Notes: generated from the letters alone by a model not told the origin. A stretch of 64,000 nucleotides of DNA from Candidatus Hydrogenedentota bacterium (GCA_963668025.2 CAXXTH010000017.1:1536001-1600000); one strand, 5' to 3'; shown: positions 18,828-29,431, counted from the first letter of the stretch. Program-made: numbers and translations.

Positions 18828-19946
18828 ATGGTGGCGCGGCGAAGAGAAGAAGGCATGGCGCTGCTGCTGGTGTTGCTGTTTTTGGCGCTGCTGTCGGCGC
18901 TGATCGTGGAATATATCTATGAAATTCGTGTCGATGCAGCGCTCGTGAGCAACCACATGGAGCAGATGGAAGCCGGATTGGCCGCGCAATCGGCGGTGGC
19001 GATGGGACTTTTTTTAATCGAGCAAGACGCCTCGAATACGGATGGGGAAAGTGGAACGGAGTTCGATGCGTTCACGGACGCATGGGCGGACGGAGTGAGC
19101 TTTCAGCAAACAGAACAAGGCGTATACCGTTGCACGATCGATGATGAATATGGAAAACTGAATCTTAACGCCTTGTTTAAAACGAGTTCTACCGGCGACA
19201 AATCGAAAGATGGTGAAAGCAGCGCATCGGGCGATGTAAAACGAAAAGCTTCGACCGAAGAGAGCAGCGAACAGACGGACAGCGGGGAAGAAAGCAAAGC
19301 TACTGCTACTCAGGAGCCCAATGAGCAGGTCGTGGAGACCTTGCGGGCGTTGTTGATCGCGCGGGGAGTGGAGCAGGATCCGCTGGATGCTATTCTGGAT
19401 TGGATCGACACCGATGACGATGTGCGGGAGAATGGAGCGGAGCAAGCGGATTACGATGCCGCCAGTGTGCCGATTCTATGCAAAAACGGCGCCATGGAAT
19501 CCGTCGAGGAACTACTCTTGATCCCGGGAATCACGACGGCGATATTCTTCGGTGATCCCGACAATGATGAGGTTCCGCTGACGGAACTGCTGACCGTGAA
19601 TGGAGATTCGAAAGGCCGGATAAACGTGAATACGGCGGAGCCGGAGCTATTGGATGCGCTGGGAGAAGTGCTGGGGCGTTCAGGGCTTGCGAATATCGTG
19701 GTGCGGCAGCGGGAGGATTCCGTCTTTCAAACCACCGATGAACTCGAATCGAGGGGCGTGCTGGAAGCCTCTTCATCGGGCGAGGGAGAAGCTTCCACTC
19801 CCTTCATTGTCGCGGGAGGGGTATTTCGTATATATGGCGACGGCATGTCGGGAGATAGCAAAGTACGCATCGAGACCTATGTGCAGCGCGGCAGCGGGCA
19901 AGAGGCGGCGACCCTCAAGCTGATTAACTGGAGAGTGTTTCAATGA
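18828..19946 (+). CDS. gspK: Minor pseudopilin GspK (normal size)
   Basis: EG/MALLLVLL, IDDEYGKLNLN, AILDWIDTDD, KNG..SVEELLLIPG, GRINVNTA. Confidence 0.92.
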   Translation: MVARRREEGMALLLVLLFLALLSALIVEYIYEIRVDAALVSNHMEQMEAGLAAQSAVAMGLFLIEQDASNTDGESGTEFDAFTDAWADGVSFQQTEQGVYRCTIDDEYGKLNLNALFKTSSTGDKSKDGESSASGDVKRKASTEESSEQTDSGEESKATATQEPNEQVVETLRALLIARGVEQDPLDAILDWIDTDDDVRENGAEQADYDAASVPILCKNGAMESVEELLLIPGITTAIFFGDPDNDEVPLTELLTVNGDSKGRINVNTAEPELLDALGEVLGRSGLANIVVRQREDSVFQTTDELESRGVLEASSSGEGEASTPFIVAGGVFRIYGDGMSGDSKVRIETYVQRGSGQEAATLKLINWRVFQ

Positions 19947-21517
19947 AGCTTTCTGCAAAAATTGCAGCCATCGAGTATGCCGGAGATGACGTGCGCGTCG
20001 CGGTGGTAAAGACGGGGGGCCGAAGGCCGGAGCTTTTGCAAGGGATAGTCCGGCGGGCGGTCTATGACGATGAAGCGCATCGCCAGGATGCCTTGAGCCA
20101 GGCCACACGCGATGCGGTCTATGAGCTTCATGCCCATCCGAATGCCTTTGTGCTATGCGCCGATAGCCGGAATTGCGTCGTGCGCTCGATCATGATTCCC
20201 CTGCGTGGGCGCGGAAAAGTCGCGTCGGCGGTCCAATTTGAACTAGAGCCGTTCCTGGCGTTCCCAATTGAAGAATTGGTGGTGGACCATAGCATCATCC
20301 GGGAAGTGGAGGGGCAGACGGAAGTGCTGGCCGTGGGGATGCGCAAAACGGCTGTGGAAGAACAGCTCACGCTCACTCGTTCGGCTGGCGTGGATCCAGA
20401 AGGTGTCGGCATTGATGCCGCAGGCTTGGTGGGCCTGTATTTATTGCATGTCGGCAATGTGAAAGGATTGCACGCCTATTTGCATGTGCGCGAAGGGGGC
20501 GGCGTTCTGGCTTTGCTGGATGGGCGGACATTGCTGTTTTTCCGGCATGTTTCGGTGGAACCGGCCACATTCCGAAATGATCCCGCGAGTGGGGCGCGCG
20601 AAGTGAGCAATTTCATACGCGCATTCCTGTCGACATGGCCGACGGATAAGCCGCTGCTCAGCTTGTCAGTATCGGGCATCGAGGCGGGTGTGGAACCGGA
20701 ATCGCTGGCGCGGCTGGAAGAGCATCTCGGTGTCCCCGTGCAATCCATCGCACTGATGGACAAGGTAAAAGGAGTACAGCGGTCCCAGAGCGGGAAGAAA
20801 AAACTCCCGGCGCGAGGCGCTGAAACGTCCGGTGAGGTGCGTTCGGAGCCGGTCGAGATCGGTCCTGATGCGGCTTGCTTGGCGTCGGCGGCAGGTGTCG
20901 CGTTAGGCGCGGCTGGCGGCGGGCCCGCGTTTGATTTCCGGAAAGGCGAATTGGCCCAGCGAGCGCCATGGCGTGTCGTGCTGGCGCATGGCGTATTCAC
21001 GCTCTTCTTGCTGCTTTGTTTGGCTGCGGTAGGGATAGGATATGGGTTTATCGATTATCGGAGCAATCAGCGGGCTCTCGATAATGCGGGGAAGCAAATT
21101 TGGGAATTATATAAAAACTCTTTTCCGGATTCGGAATTGGCCAAAGGCGAACGGCCTGCCCAGGATGTAGGCGGCATCCTCACCATGCAGGCGTTTCAAG
21201 AACAATATGAAGCCTACCAGAAAATCGGAGCGGGATTTGATCCGCAGTTGCTGTTACGGCCTACGCTGTTGGATCTGCTGGAAGACATCAGCAAACGGAT
21301 GTCAGCGGAGAAAGTGGCGCTGACCGACCTGATCATTCGCGCAAGCCGTGAGAAAAGCCAGCAGGTGACCATCATAGGTGAATTGAAAGATCCGGTGGCT
21401 GGCCGCCAGGAAATCGAGAAGCTTCGGGAATCACCTTTGCTCACCATTACGGGAGAGCCGTTGGTGACGACAAATCAAGATGGCAAAACCACTTTTACCG
21501 TTACGGCGAAGACCTGA
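19943..21517 (+). CDS. gspL: GspL (PilM-like cytoplasmic domain, TM, periplasmic domain)
   Basis: Actin-like N-terminus (FELEPFLAFPIEELVVDH), one TM, PilN-like C-terminus; follows gspK. Confidence 0.8.
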   Translation: MKLSAKIAAIEYAGDDVRVAVVKTGGRRPELLQGIVRRAVYDDEAHRQDALSQATRDAVYELHAHPNAFVLCADSRNCVVRSIMIPLRGRGKVASAVQFELEPFLAFPIEELVVDHSIIREVEGQTEVLAVGMRKTAVEEQLTLTRSAGVDPEGVGIDAAGLVGLYLLHVGNVKGLHAYLHVREGGGVLALLDGRTLLFFRHVSVEPATFRNDPASGAREVSNFIRAFLSTWPTDKPLLSLSVSGIEAGVEPESLARLEEHLGVPVQSIALMDKVKGVQRSQSGKKKLPARGAETSGEVRSEPVEIGPDAACLASAAGVALGAAGGGPAFDFRKGELAQRAPWRVVLAHGVFTLFLLLCLAAVGIGYGFIDYRSNQRALDNAGKQIWELYKNSFPDSELAKGERPAQDVGGILTMQAFQEQYEAYQKIGAGFDPQLLLRPTLLDLLEDISKRMSAEKVALTDLIIRASREKSQQVTIIGELKDPVAGRQEIEKLRESPLLTITGEPLVTTNQDGKTTFTVTAKT

Positions 21518-21556
21518 ACAAGCATGCCGCGTTGAGCGGCCCGAGGAGAACATGCG

Positions 21557-22069
21557 GTGGGATTGCAGCGACTAGAAAAACGCGAACGGACGGTTTTAGC
21601 CGTAGGTGCGTTGGCGGCCGTGCTATTGCTGGGCTTTTGGCTAATACAGGGCCCCATGGAAATGTATAAACGGAGCAAAGCCCAGCTAACGCTGGTTCAA
21701 ACTAATCTACAGCAGGCCGAGAAAATAGCGGAAACCATCCAGGCGGCGCGAAAAGGCCGGGAGGCGGTGGACAAACTTATCGCCGTACGGGGCGCTTCTT
21801 ATAATTTGTATACCGCCATTTATCGAGCCGTGCAATCCGTGGGAATGACCGACCGGGCAGTTATCACGAGCATACCAAAAGAAATGACGGGCGCTTCCGC
21901 AGTGCGCTTGACCCTGAATGGCGTCAGCATGGAAGAACTCGTGGACTTGCTTTATGGTATTCAATCCGCGGATAAATTGGTTGTATTGCATGAAGTAACC
22001 CACCTCCAGCCTTCCAAGGATGGAAAAGGTTTGGAATGTAACTTGGTCTTGGTGACGCCTACCGCTTGA
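21557..22069 (+). CDS. gspM: GspM
   Basis: L..RER.VL plus N-terminal TM, L.GVSMEELV.LLY.I; last gene of the operon; GAGGAG RBS. Confidence 0.8.
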   Translation: MGLQRLEKRERTVLAVGALAAVLLLGFWLIQGPMEMYKRSKAQLTLVQTNLQQAEKIAETIQAARKGREAVDKLIAVRGASYNLYTAIYRAVQSVGMTDRAVITSIPKEMTGASAVRLTLNGVSMEELVDLLYGIQSADKLVVLHEVTHLQPSKDGKGLECNLVLVTPTA

Positions 22070-22385
22070 CGCCGGGCTGGTTTTGGAGCGCCTATTTAAA
22101 CGCTGCGTTGCAGTAGCGCGCTCATGATGGCCATTGAGCATGGCGCCTCTTTGGCTTTCAATAGTCAGTGAACCCGTGCGGCTTGACTTTCCCCGCGTTC
22201 TCAGTAAGAATGGGATGTTGCCCTTGCCCTGCCTGGCCTAAGGGGTGAAGCGCCATGGTTTTCGGGGCGTATCGAGCCGAAGAGTAGGCCGCCATGACGC
22301 CGAAGGCAGATGAAGGGGCGGGATATTTAGTTGACTTCGAAGTCGATAAGTCTAGTATTATCAAGACCATATAGCAGTATTTACA

Positions 22386-22415
22386 TTGACAAAGTGAATC
22401 CCTATTTGGTACATT
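22386..22415 (+). promoter_or_regulatory. Putative sigma70 promoter for the pilB-pilT-pilB-pilC operon
   Basis: TTGACA (22386-22391), 18 nt, TGn-TACATT (22410-22415). Confidence 0.55.
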
Positions 22416-22457
22416 GTGGTTGGGCCTACTCGAAAGGGTTCTAACGTGGTGCAATCG

Positions 22458-24296
22458 ATGTATAAGCGATTTGGTGAGTTGCTTGTGGAGCGTGCGGTTA
22501 TCTCGCAACTGCAACTAGATGAAGCGTTGCACAAGCAAAAGATCGCGAAAACCCATCGCCGAATAGGCGAAGTGTTGATGAAGCTGGGTTACATCAGTAA
22601 AAACCACATCATCGAGTGTTTGTCCATCCAGCTCGGTATTCCCATCGTAAAGCTCTCTGACCGTGAAATCTCCGAACGCACCCGCAATCTGGTTGATCCA
22701 AACATTGCCACATTATACCGGGTGATCCCTGTTGAAGAGCGGGGCCGCACGATCGTGCTGGCCATGGAAGACCCCACCAACATTAACAATCTGGACAATC
22801 TTTCCCGGTTGCTGGATCGGACGGTCGAGCCGGTGCTCACGACGCAGGAAGAGATCAAAACGGCGCTGACAAAATACTACGGCCTCGTCGAACAAAGCGT
22901 CGAGGGCATCTTATCCTCCATGAGCAGCGCCAACACGATGAGTACGTTAAGTAGCATGTCGAATATCGCTTCCATGAGCGCGGAGTTATCCGTCGGCGCG
23001 GATATCGACCTAGACGATCTGGAAGGGGATGGGCTAGACAGCGGCGGCGACGGGAATTTATTGGACGATGATGAGGATATGAATAGCCCCGTGGTGCGTT
23101 ATGTACACCGGCTCATATCCGAAGCCTTCCGCTTGCGGGCGAGTGATATTCATATCGAACCAGGAAAGCTGGATTTAAAGGTGCGGTACCGCATTGACGG
23201 CGTGCTGCATCAAATGAAGCGCCCTCCCAAGCGCGCGCAGGCGGCGATTATTTCCCGCCTGAAAATTATGTCGGGCATGGACATCGCGGAACGGCGCATT
23301 CCCCAAGACGGACGTATCAAAATACCGGTTTCGGGCAAAATGCTCGATTTACGTGTAAGCTGCCTGCCGTCCGTATATGGCGAGACGGTCGTGATGCGTA
23401 TTCTGGATAAATCCGGGCTGACGCTAGGATTGGGGCAGCTCGGTTTTTGTGCGGAACACCAAAAGACATGGGAAGAGCTGCTAGGCCAAGGCACGGGCAT
23501 CATGCTGGTGACCGGTCCTACCGGTTCGGGTAAAACGACGACCCTGTATGCCTCGCTTCACAAACTAAACACGCCTGAAAACAAGCTGATTACCGTGGAA
23601 GATCCTGTCGAGTATATGATGGATGGGATCAACCAGGTGCAGATCAACCATGAAATTCAATGGACATTCGCCCGGGCGCTACGCGCCATTTTCCGTATGG
23701 ACCCGGATATCTGCATGGTGGGTGAAATCCGCGACTTGGAGACGGCGGAAATCGCCGTGCGCGCGGCTCTGACAGGGCATTTGGTGTTCTCTACCTTGCA
23801 CACGAATGATGCGCCGAGCGCGTTCATCCGCTTGATCGACATGGGCGTGAAGCCCTTCCTGGTGGCCTCCAGCGTCCGGGTGGTGCTGGCGCAGCGCTTG
23901 GTGCGCACCATCTGTACGAATTGCAAAGAGCCGCGCAAGCCCACGCAATTACAGATGGACCGGCTCATGCTTCCCGTGGATTCAAATCATGTAGAGCTGT
24001 TCGCGGGAGCGGGATGCGAGAATTGCGGTGGAACAGGATATCAAGGGCGGCTGGGTGTGTATGAGCTGCTGATGACGACCGATAATCTGCGCCGGATGAT
24101 CATGGAAGGTTCTTCCTCGGGCGTCCTTCGCCGGCAGGCGCGCGTAGAGGGAATGGTCACGCTGCGCGAGGATGCCTGGCAGAAGGCGCTCAATGGGATC
24201 ACCTCCATCGAGGAAGTGCTGCGCGTGACGCAAGCGGATGATCCGACCGTGAAGCGGGCCGTAGCGGCGGCCCCGTCGGAACTGGTGCCTGCATAA
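22458..24296 (+). CDS. pilB: PilB/GspE-family extension ATPase (copy A) with MshEN-like N-terminus
   Basis: KRFGELLV..Q and [32 protein letters not shown], CxxC..CxxC; acidic/Ser linker. Start moved from 22416. Confidence 0.9.
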   Translation: MYKRFGELLVERAVISQLQLDEALHKQKIAKTHRRIGEVLMKLGYISKNHIIECLSIQLGIPIVKLSDREISERTRNLVDPNIATLYRVIPVEERGRTIVLAMEDPTNINNLDNLSRLLDRTVEPVLTTQEEIKTALTKYYGLVEQSVEGILSSMSSANTMSTLSSMSNIASMSAELSVGADIDLDDLEGDGLDSGGDGNLLDDDEDMNSPVVRYVHRLISEAFRLRASDIHIEPGKLDLKVRYRIDGVLHQMKRPPKRAQAAIISRLKIMSGMDIAERRIPQDGRIKIPVSGKMLDLRVSCLPSVYGETVVMRILDKSGLTLGLGQLGFCAEHQKTWEELLGQGTGIMLVTGPTGSGKTTTLYASLHKLNTPENKLITVEDPVEYMMDGINQVQINHEIQWTFARALRAIFRMDPDICMVGEIRDLETAEIAVRAALTGHLVFSTLHTNDAPSAFIRLIDMGVKPFLVASSVRVVLAQRLVRTICTNCKEPRKPTQLQMDRLMLPVDSNHVELFAGAGCENCGGTGYQGRLGVYELLMTTDNLRRMIMEGSSSGVLRRQARVEGMVTLREDAWQKALNGITSIEEVLRVTQADDPTVKRAVAAAPSELVPA

Positions 24297-24389
24297 GCAA
24301 ATAAAGGCCGCGCCAAGCCCGCTTTTGGGTGGGCGGGCAGGCGCGTGGCGGCGTTTGGTTGAGATGATTTGATCACAGGAGGTGTTTCC

Positions 24390-25517
24390 ATGGCCTACGA
24401 GATGGTTCCGCTGCTGCGGATGCTGATCGATCGGGAAGGTTCGGACTTGCATCTGGCGGTTGGGAATCCGCCGGTCGGGCGTGTGCATGGCCACTTGCAG
24501 TTTTTCGGCGAGGATGTGTTGAAGCCGGAGGACACAGAGCGCTTGATGAAAAGCATTGCTTCCGTGGACAACCAGCAGGAGCTTCAGGAAGTAGGAGGTT
24601 CGGACTTCGGGTTCGCCTTCGAAGACGTAGCCCGCTTCCGTGTGTCTATCTTCAAGCAGAAAGGCAATGTAGGGCTGGTTCTTCGCTTGATCCCGAACAA
24701 AATCATGTCGTTCGAGGAGATCGGCCTGCCGCAGAGCTTGAAGAGCGTTATTACCCAGCCGCGCGGATTGATCCTCGTGACAGGCCCGACGGGTTCCGGT
24801 AAAACAACCAGTCTCGCCACCATGTTGGACTATTTGAATATCTCTTTCGATAATCACATTATCACGATTGAAGACCCCATCGAGTATTACCATAAGCACA
24901 AAAAGAGCATTATCACTCAGCGCGAGGTAGGGGTGGATGTGCCGACTTTCCCGGAGGCGATCCGGCGCGCATTGCGCCAAGACCCGGATATCATCCTGGT
25001 GGGTGAAATGCGTGACTTGGAAACGATTGAATCCGCTGTTACGGCGGCTGAAACAGGCCACTTGGTGTTTGGCACGCTGCATACCACGGGCGCGGTGCGC
25101 ACCATTGACCGCCTTATCGACGCATTCCCGACGACCCAGCAGGAGCAGATCCGCACCCAGCTCGCCGGTAACCTGAAGTCGGTGATTTCCCAGACGCTGA
25201 TTCCGAAAAAGTCCGGTTTCGGTCGTGTGGCGGCGTTCGAGGTGATGATCACGACACCCGCCATCCAGAACCTAATCCGCGAGAACAAGTCGTATCGTAT
25301 TACATCGTCCATCCAAACCGGGCACAAGTATGGCATGTGCTTGCTGGATGAGCATTTGCTGGCATTATTCCGCCGCGGGGTGATCAAATACGAGGATGCC
25401 TTATCGCGCGCGCAGCAGCCGGATGAGTTTGAGACGAATGCGCGGCAATATGGCGCGGGCGGTGATGACAAAGGACAGGCGGGGCAGCCGCGCGTGAAAA
25501 CCGCGTTGGAATCATGA
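24390..25517 (+). CDS. pilT: Pilus retraction ATPase PilT
   Basis: [33 protein letters not shown] (AIRNLIRE motif); AGGAGG RBS. Confidence 0.95.
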   Translation: MAYEMVPLLRMLIDREGSDLHLAVGNPPVGRVHGHLQFFGEDVLKPEDTERLMKSIASVDNQQELQEVGGSDFGFAFEDVARFRVSIFKQKGNVGLVLRLIPNKIMSFEEIGLPQSLKSVITQPRGLILVTGPTGSGKTTSLATMLDYLNISFDNHIITIEDPIEYYHKHKKSIITQREVGVDVPTFPEAIRRALRQDPDIILVGEMRDLETIESAVTAAETGHLVFGTLHTTGAVRTIDRLIDAFPTTQQEQIRTQLAGNLKSVISQTLIPKKSGFGRVAAFEVMITTPAIQNLIRENKSYRITSSIQTGHKYGMCLLDEHLLALFRRGVIKYEDALSRAQQPDEFETNARQYGAGGDDKGQAGQPRVKTALES

Positions 25518-25523
25518 GGTGGT

Positions 25524-27275
25524 TTGATGGCGGTGTTGACGAAGCATAAGAAGCGTTTGGGCGAAATATTGGTCGATCTAGGGGTTGTAAGCCCCCTTGA
25601 AATCGATGAAGCGCTCGAACGCCAGCGCCTTAATGGCGAGCTGTTGGGCCGCATCCTCGTGGACATGCAGCTCTGCGAAGAGCAAGACATCGTCGAAGCG
25701 CTGGGCGTGCAGTCGGGCATGGAGCGGGTGGACATCAATAAGATGCAAGTGTCCGACGAAGTGCTGAGCTTGGTTCCGGCGGATATGGCGCGGTTTTATA
25801 ATGTGGCGCCTGTGCGCATGCGCGATGGCGTCCTCACTGTGGCCATGGCGGACCCATTGAACCTGAGCGTATTGGACGATCTGCGCCAAGTTTTGGGGCG
25901 CAAAATCGAGGGAGCGGTTAGCAATCCCCACGATGTCCATGAGTTTATCGCCAATAATTACTCCAGCCAAACCAATAGCATCGAAGATACGTTGTCGGAT
26001 CTGGCGGCCCGGGTTGGCGAGAACGATTTGACGGCCGAAGAACTGGGCACGCAACAGCTTATCGGCGAAGACGAAAGCTTGGTCGCGCTGGCGCAAGAGC
26101 CGGAAATTATCCGGCTCGTGAACACCGTGATGATGTATGCCGTCCAGCACCGGGCGTCCGATATTCACTTCGAGACCTTCGAGGATGATTTTCGCATCCG
26201 GGTCCGCGTGGATGGTGTGCTGCATGAAATCGGTTCGTATCCCAAGTCCATGGCCCTCGCCCTTATTTCCCGCGTGAAAGTCATGTGCAACATGGATATC
26301 AGCGAACGGCGTTTTCCGCAGGACGCGCGTATCTCGCTTGGGGTGGGCGAATCCGAGATCGATATCCGCGTGGCGTCGCTCCCGACGCTGTGGGGCGAAT
26401 CCATCGTGATGCGTATCCTCGACCGGAGCGCGGTGCAGCTATCGCTCGAGAAATTGGGCTTCCCGCTGGATTTGCAGAAGCGCATCGATGAGGTGATCCA
26501 CCGGCCAAATGGCATTTTCCTAGTGACCGGCCCCACGGGTTCGGGTAAAACCACGACGCTATATGGCTGCTTGGATATTTTAAACCAGCCTGATGTGAAG
26601 ATTATCACCACGGAAGACCCCGTCGAGCTTCAGATCGACCGGGTCGTGCAGATCAGTGTGCGGGAAGATGTGGGCTTGACGTTCGCGGCCTGCTTGCGGT
26701 CTATCCTGCGCCAAGACCCCGATATCGTGATGGTCGGTGAAGTGCGCGACTTGGAGACGGCGGAGATTGCCGTCCAGGCCTCGCTGACCGGCCACTTGGT
26801 GCTGAGCACGTTGCATACGAATAGCGCGCCGGAGACCATCACCCGCTTGCTGGATATGGACCTCGAACCTTTCTTGATCACGTCGTCGCTGACGGCCGTG
26901 CTGGCGCAGCGGCTTGTGCGGACACTCTGCCGCCATTGCCGACAGCCATATCAGCCCGATGAGGAAGAGATGGAGCTGCTGGGCTTGCCGCTTTCCTGGC
27001 GGCAAGATCCCAAGCTGCGCTTTTTCCGTCCGGTGGGCTGTCCCGCCTGTGATTTCGTAGGGTATATGGGGCGCGTAGGCCTGTATGAATTGCTCGAACT
27101 GGATGAAAAGCTATGCGATATGATTTTAGCGCGTTCGATGGCGCATGAACTCCGGCGCTATGCGCGGCGGAAGCTCGGCATGCGCACGTTGCGTGAAGAA
27201 GGTTTGATCAAATGCATGCAAGGCATCACGAGCACGTCGGAAATTATAGTGCATACGGATCGGTATGATGACTGA
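25524..27275 (+). CDS. pilB: PilB/GspE-family extension ATPase (copy B) with MshEN-like N-terminus
   Basis: KRLGEILVDLGVV...[27 protein letters not shown], CxxC..CxxC. Confidence 0.9.
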   Translation: MMAVLTKHKKRLGEILVDLGVVSPLEIDEALERQRLNGELLGRILVDMQLCEEQDIVEALGVQSGMERVDINKMQVSDEVLSLVPADMARFYNVAPVRMRDGVLTVAMADPLNLSVLDDLRQVLGRKIEGAVSNPHDVHEFIANNYSSQTNSIEDTLSDLAARVGENDLTAEELGTQQLIGEDESLVALAQEPEIIRLVNTVMMYAVQHRASDIHFETFEDDFRIRVRVDGVLHEIGSYPKSMALALISRVKVMCNMDISERRFPQDARISLGVGESEIDIRVASLPTLWGESIVMRILDRSAVQLSLEKLGFPLDLQKRIDEVIHRPNGIFLVTGPTGSGKTTTLYGCLDILNQPDVKIITTEDPVELQIDRVVQISVREDVGLTFAACLRSILRQDPDIVMVGEVRDLETAEIAVQASLTGHLVLSTLHTNSAPETITRLLDMDLEPFLITSSLTAVLAQRLVRTLCRHCRQPYQPDEEEMELLGLPLSWRQDPKLRFFRPVGCPACDFVGYMGRVGLYELLELDEKLCDMILARSMAHELRRYARRKLGMRTLREEGLIKCMQGITSTSEIIVHTDRYDD

Positions 27276-27304
27276 GCAGGCCATGGCGGCAATAGGAGGC
27301 GGCG

Positions 27305-28564
27305 ATGCCGAAGTTTTTCTATAAGGCGATCAACAAGGACGGCAAAGAGTCTTTTGGCGTCCTGGATGCGGATACGCAGGGATTGGCCATTAATGATGTG
27401 CGCTCGATGGGCCTCTATCCGACGATGGTGCGCCAGGCGACCAAGGCCGATCAAAAACGCGCCCGGAATAAAGGCAAAGGCTTCTCGCTCAACGAGTTGT
27501 ATTTGGGCGGCGCGAACACGAAACAGATCGTGGTGATGACCCGCCAGTTGGCGACCCTGATTGATGCGGGCCTTCCGCTCCTGCGTAGCTTGAATGTGCT
27601 GATCGCACAGCAAAAACCCTCGAAGCTGCGGGATATCCTGTATGAAGTGACGTCGGACATTCAGGGCGGCGCGACGCTGTCCGAGGCCTTCTCTAAGCAT
27701 CCCCGGCAGTTTGATAAACTGTATGTGAACATGGTGCGCGCCGGTGAAGTGGGCGGCATGCTCGAGGCGGTGTTGAACCGACTGGCCATGTTCATGGAGC
27801 GCCGCCAAGCCTTGAAACGGCGCGTGCGCGCGGCCATGGTGTATCCGTCATTCGTTATCGTCATCGCCACGGCCATCGTGCTGTTTTTGATTGTGTACAT
27901 CGTGCCGAATTTCGCATCCATATTCGCGGATTTGGGCGCGAAACTGCCGTGGATGACGCGGTTCTTAATGGACGCGGGCGACTTTGTTATTTATCAATGG
28001 TGGAAACTATCGCTGTATTTCAATGGCGGGATTATCGCGCTCAAAATCGCGTTGAAACCTCATTTTATGAAACGCATTGCGGACCGGGTGGTCCTTCGGG
28101 TGCCGCTCATTGGAGATCTGGTGATCAAAGTGGCGGTGGCCCGTTTCTCGCGCACCTTGGGCACGTTGATTACTTCCGGCGTGCCGATTTTACAATCGCT
28201 CCGTATTACAAAGGAGACAATCGGCAACGAAGTGATCGAAAACGCCATCCAGAAAGTGCATGACAGTATCAAAGAAGGCGATACGATTGCGGCTCCCCTG
28301 GATGAAGCGAAAGTGTTTCCCTCGATGGTGGTGAACATGATCGATGTAGGCGAGGAGACCGGCAGCTTGGACGCCATGTTGAGCAAGGTGGCGGACATCT
28401 ATGACGCGGAAGTGGAAACGACCGTGGACGCCTTGTTGCGATTGCTCGAGCCTGCGTTGATCGTGGTCCTGGGCGGCATCGTTGGGTTCATCGTGATTGC
28501 ACTGTACCTGCCGATTTTCTCGCTGGCGGATGTGATGAGCAACGCAAGCAGCGGCGGCAAATGA
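27305..28564 (+). CDS. pilC: Pilus platform protein PilC (GspF family)
   Basis: RQLATLIDAGLPL, GEVGG, GEETGSL, LLEP. Confidence 0.93.
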   Translation: MPKFFYKAINKDGKESFGVLDADTQGLAINDVRSMGLYPTMVRQATKADQKRARNKGKGFSLNELYLGGANTKQIVVMTRQLATLIDAGLPLLRSLNVLIAQQKPSKLRDILYEVTSDIQGGATLSEAFSKHPRQFDKLYVNMVRAGEVGGMLEAVLNRLAMFMERRQALKRRVRAAMVYPSFVIVIATAIVLFLIVYIVPNFASIFADLGAKLPWMTRFLMDAGDFVIYQWWKLSLYFNGGIIALKIALKPHFMKRIADRVVLRVPLIGDLVIKVAVARFSRTLGTLITSGVPILQSLRITKETIGNEVIENAIQKVHDSIKEGDTIAAPLDEAKVFPSMVVNMIDVGEETGSLDAMLSKVADIYDAEVETTVDALLRLLEPALIVVLGGIVGFIVIALYLPIFSLADVMSNASSGGK

Positions 28565-28592
28565 GGAAGTGAACGGGATAAGGAGCATGCAG

Positions 28593-29372
28593 ATGAAAGC
28601 AAGTCGCGGGTTTACGCTGGTGGAATTGCTGGTGGTGATTGCCATCATTTCCATCCTGGCGGCGATTGTGGTGCCGCGCCTGACAGGCTGGATAGATAAG
28701 GCCAATATGACTAAAGCGGTCGCGGAAGTAAACAATATTGAATTGTCCGTGCAAGCGATGCTGGCGGATTCAGGCCGCGCGAGTTTTAGCGACATGCTGA
28801 CGCGGGATGGCCTCGAAGCGATCAAGAATGATCCGACAGTAGGCAGCGATCTCATGTACGAATTGCTGCGCCTAGGGCGGAATTCCGAGCTGGCGAGAGG
28901 GGATACCACGGCGACCCCTGCTGTCGCGGGCTATATCCAAACGCCCGTCCTCAATAAGCTGAGAACCAATTATATGGATGTGCCGCTCGACCCATGGGAT
29001 CAAAAGTACAAATTCTTCCCGGGCCCGTGGCAGACCGCATGGGGCACTATTGTGTTCCGGGGCTACCGCGAGAATCCGAACGCCACTCACACACGCTTCG
29101 ACGTGGAGTATGATCCCGATACGGACGGCTATCTCTATACGGAAGCCATGAAGGATGAGGAAGACGAGAAGATTCCTGGCAATCCCAAGGCCGATGATGT
29201 ATATGGCTTCCCGGCGTCCAAGGAATTGCCGTTCTATGTCTGGAGCACCGGCAAGAACATGATGGATGACCAGGCCTGGTCGGGGGCGTCGCCGGATCGG
29301 GGTTTTGAAGGCGGCGGCGATGACATCAATAACTGGGATAACCAGTCGGGCTGGAGCACGTTCTACGGCTGA
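28593..29372 (+). CDS. Type IV pilin/pseudopilin, probable major subunit
   Basis: RG/FTLVELLVVIAIISILAA, DPW..Y, WS.G.N..D, DDINNW; AGGAG RBS; first pilin after pilC. Confidence 0.85.
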   Translation: MKASRGFTLVELLVVIAIISILAAIVVPRLTGWIDKANMTKAVAEVNNIELSVQAMLADSGRASFSDMLTRDGLEAIKNDPTVGSDLMYELLRLGRNSELARGDTTATPAVAGYIQTPVLNKLRTNYMDVPLDPWDQKYKFFPGPWQTAWGTIVFRGYRENPNATHTRFDVEYDPDTDGYLYTEAMKDEEDEKIPGNPKADDVYGFPASKELPFYVWSTGKNMMDDQAWSGASPDRGFEGGGDDINNWDNQSGWSTFYG

Positions 29373-29410
29373 GCATGACGGGAACACTAAAACACAGCCA
29401 TTCCGAAGCG

Positions 29411-29431
29411 GCGGCGGTTTGCTGCCGCTTT
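29411..29431. repeat. Single degenerate copy of the REP-like unit seen at 17754-17780
   Basis: GCGGCGGTTTGCTGCCGCTTT versus GCGGCAGCTTGCTGCCGCTTT. Confidence 0.55.

Noticed and set aside
22225-22300. c-di-GMP-I riboswitch
   Set aside because: Only a receptor-like half is visible and the GAAA-capped stem with GCAAA-type junction motifs is missing; kept only as an unassigned structured-RNA candidate.
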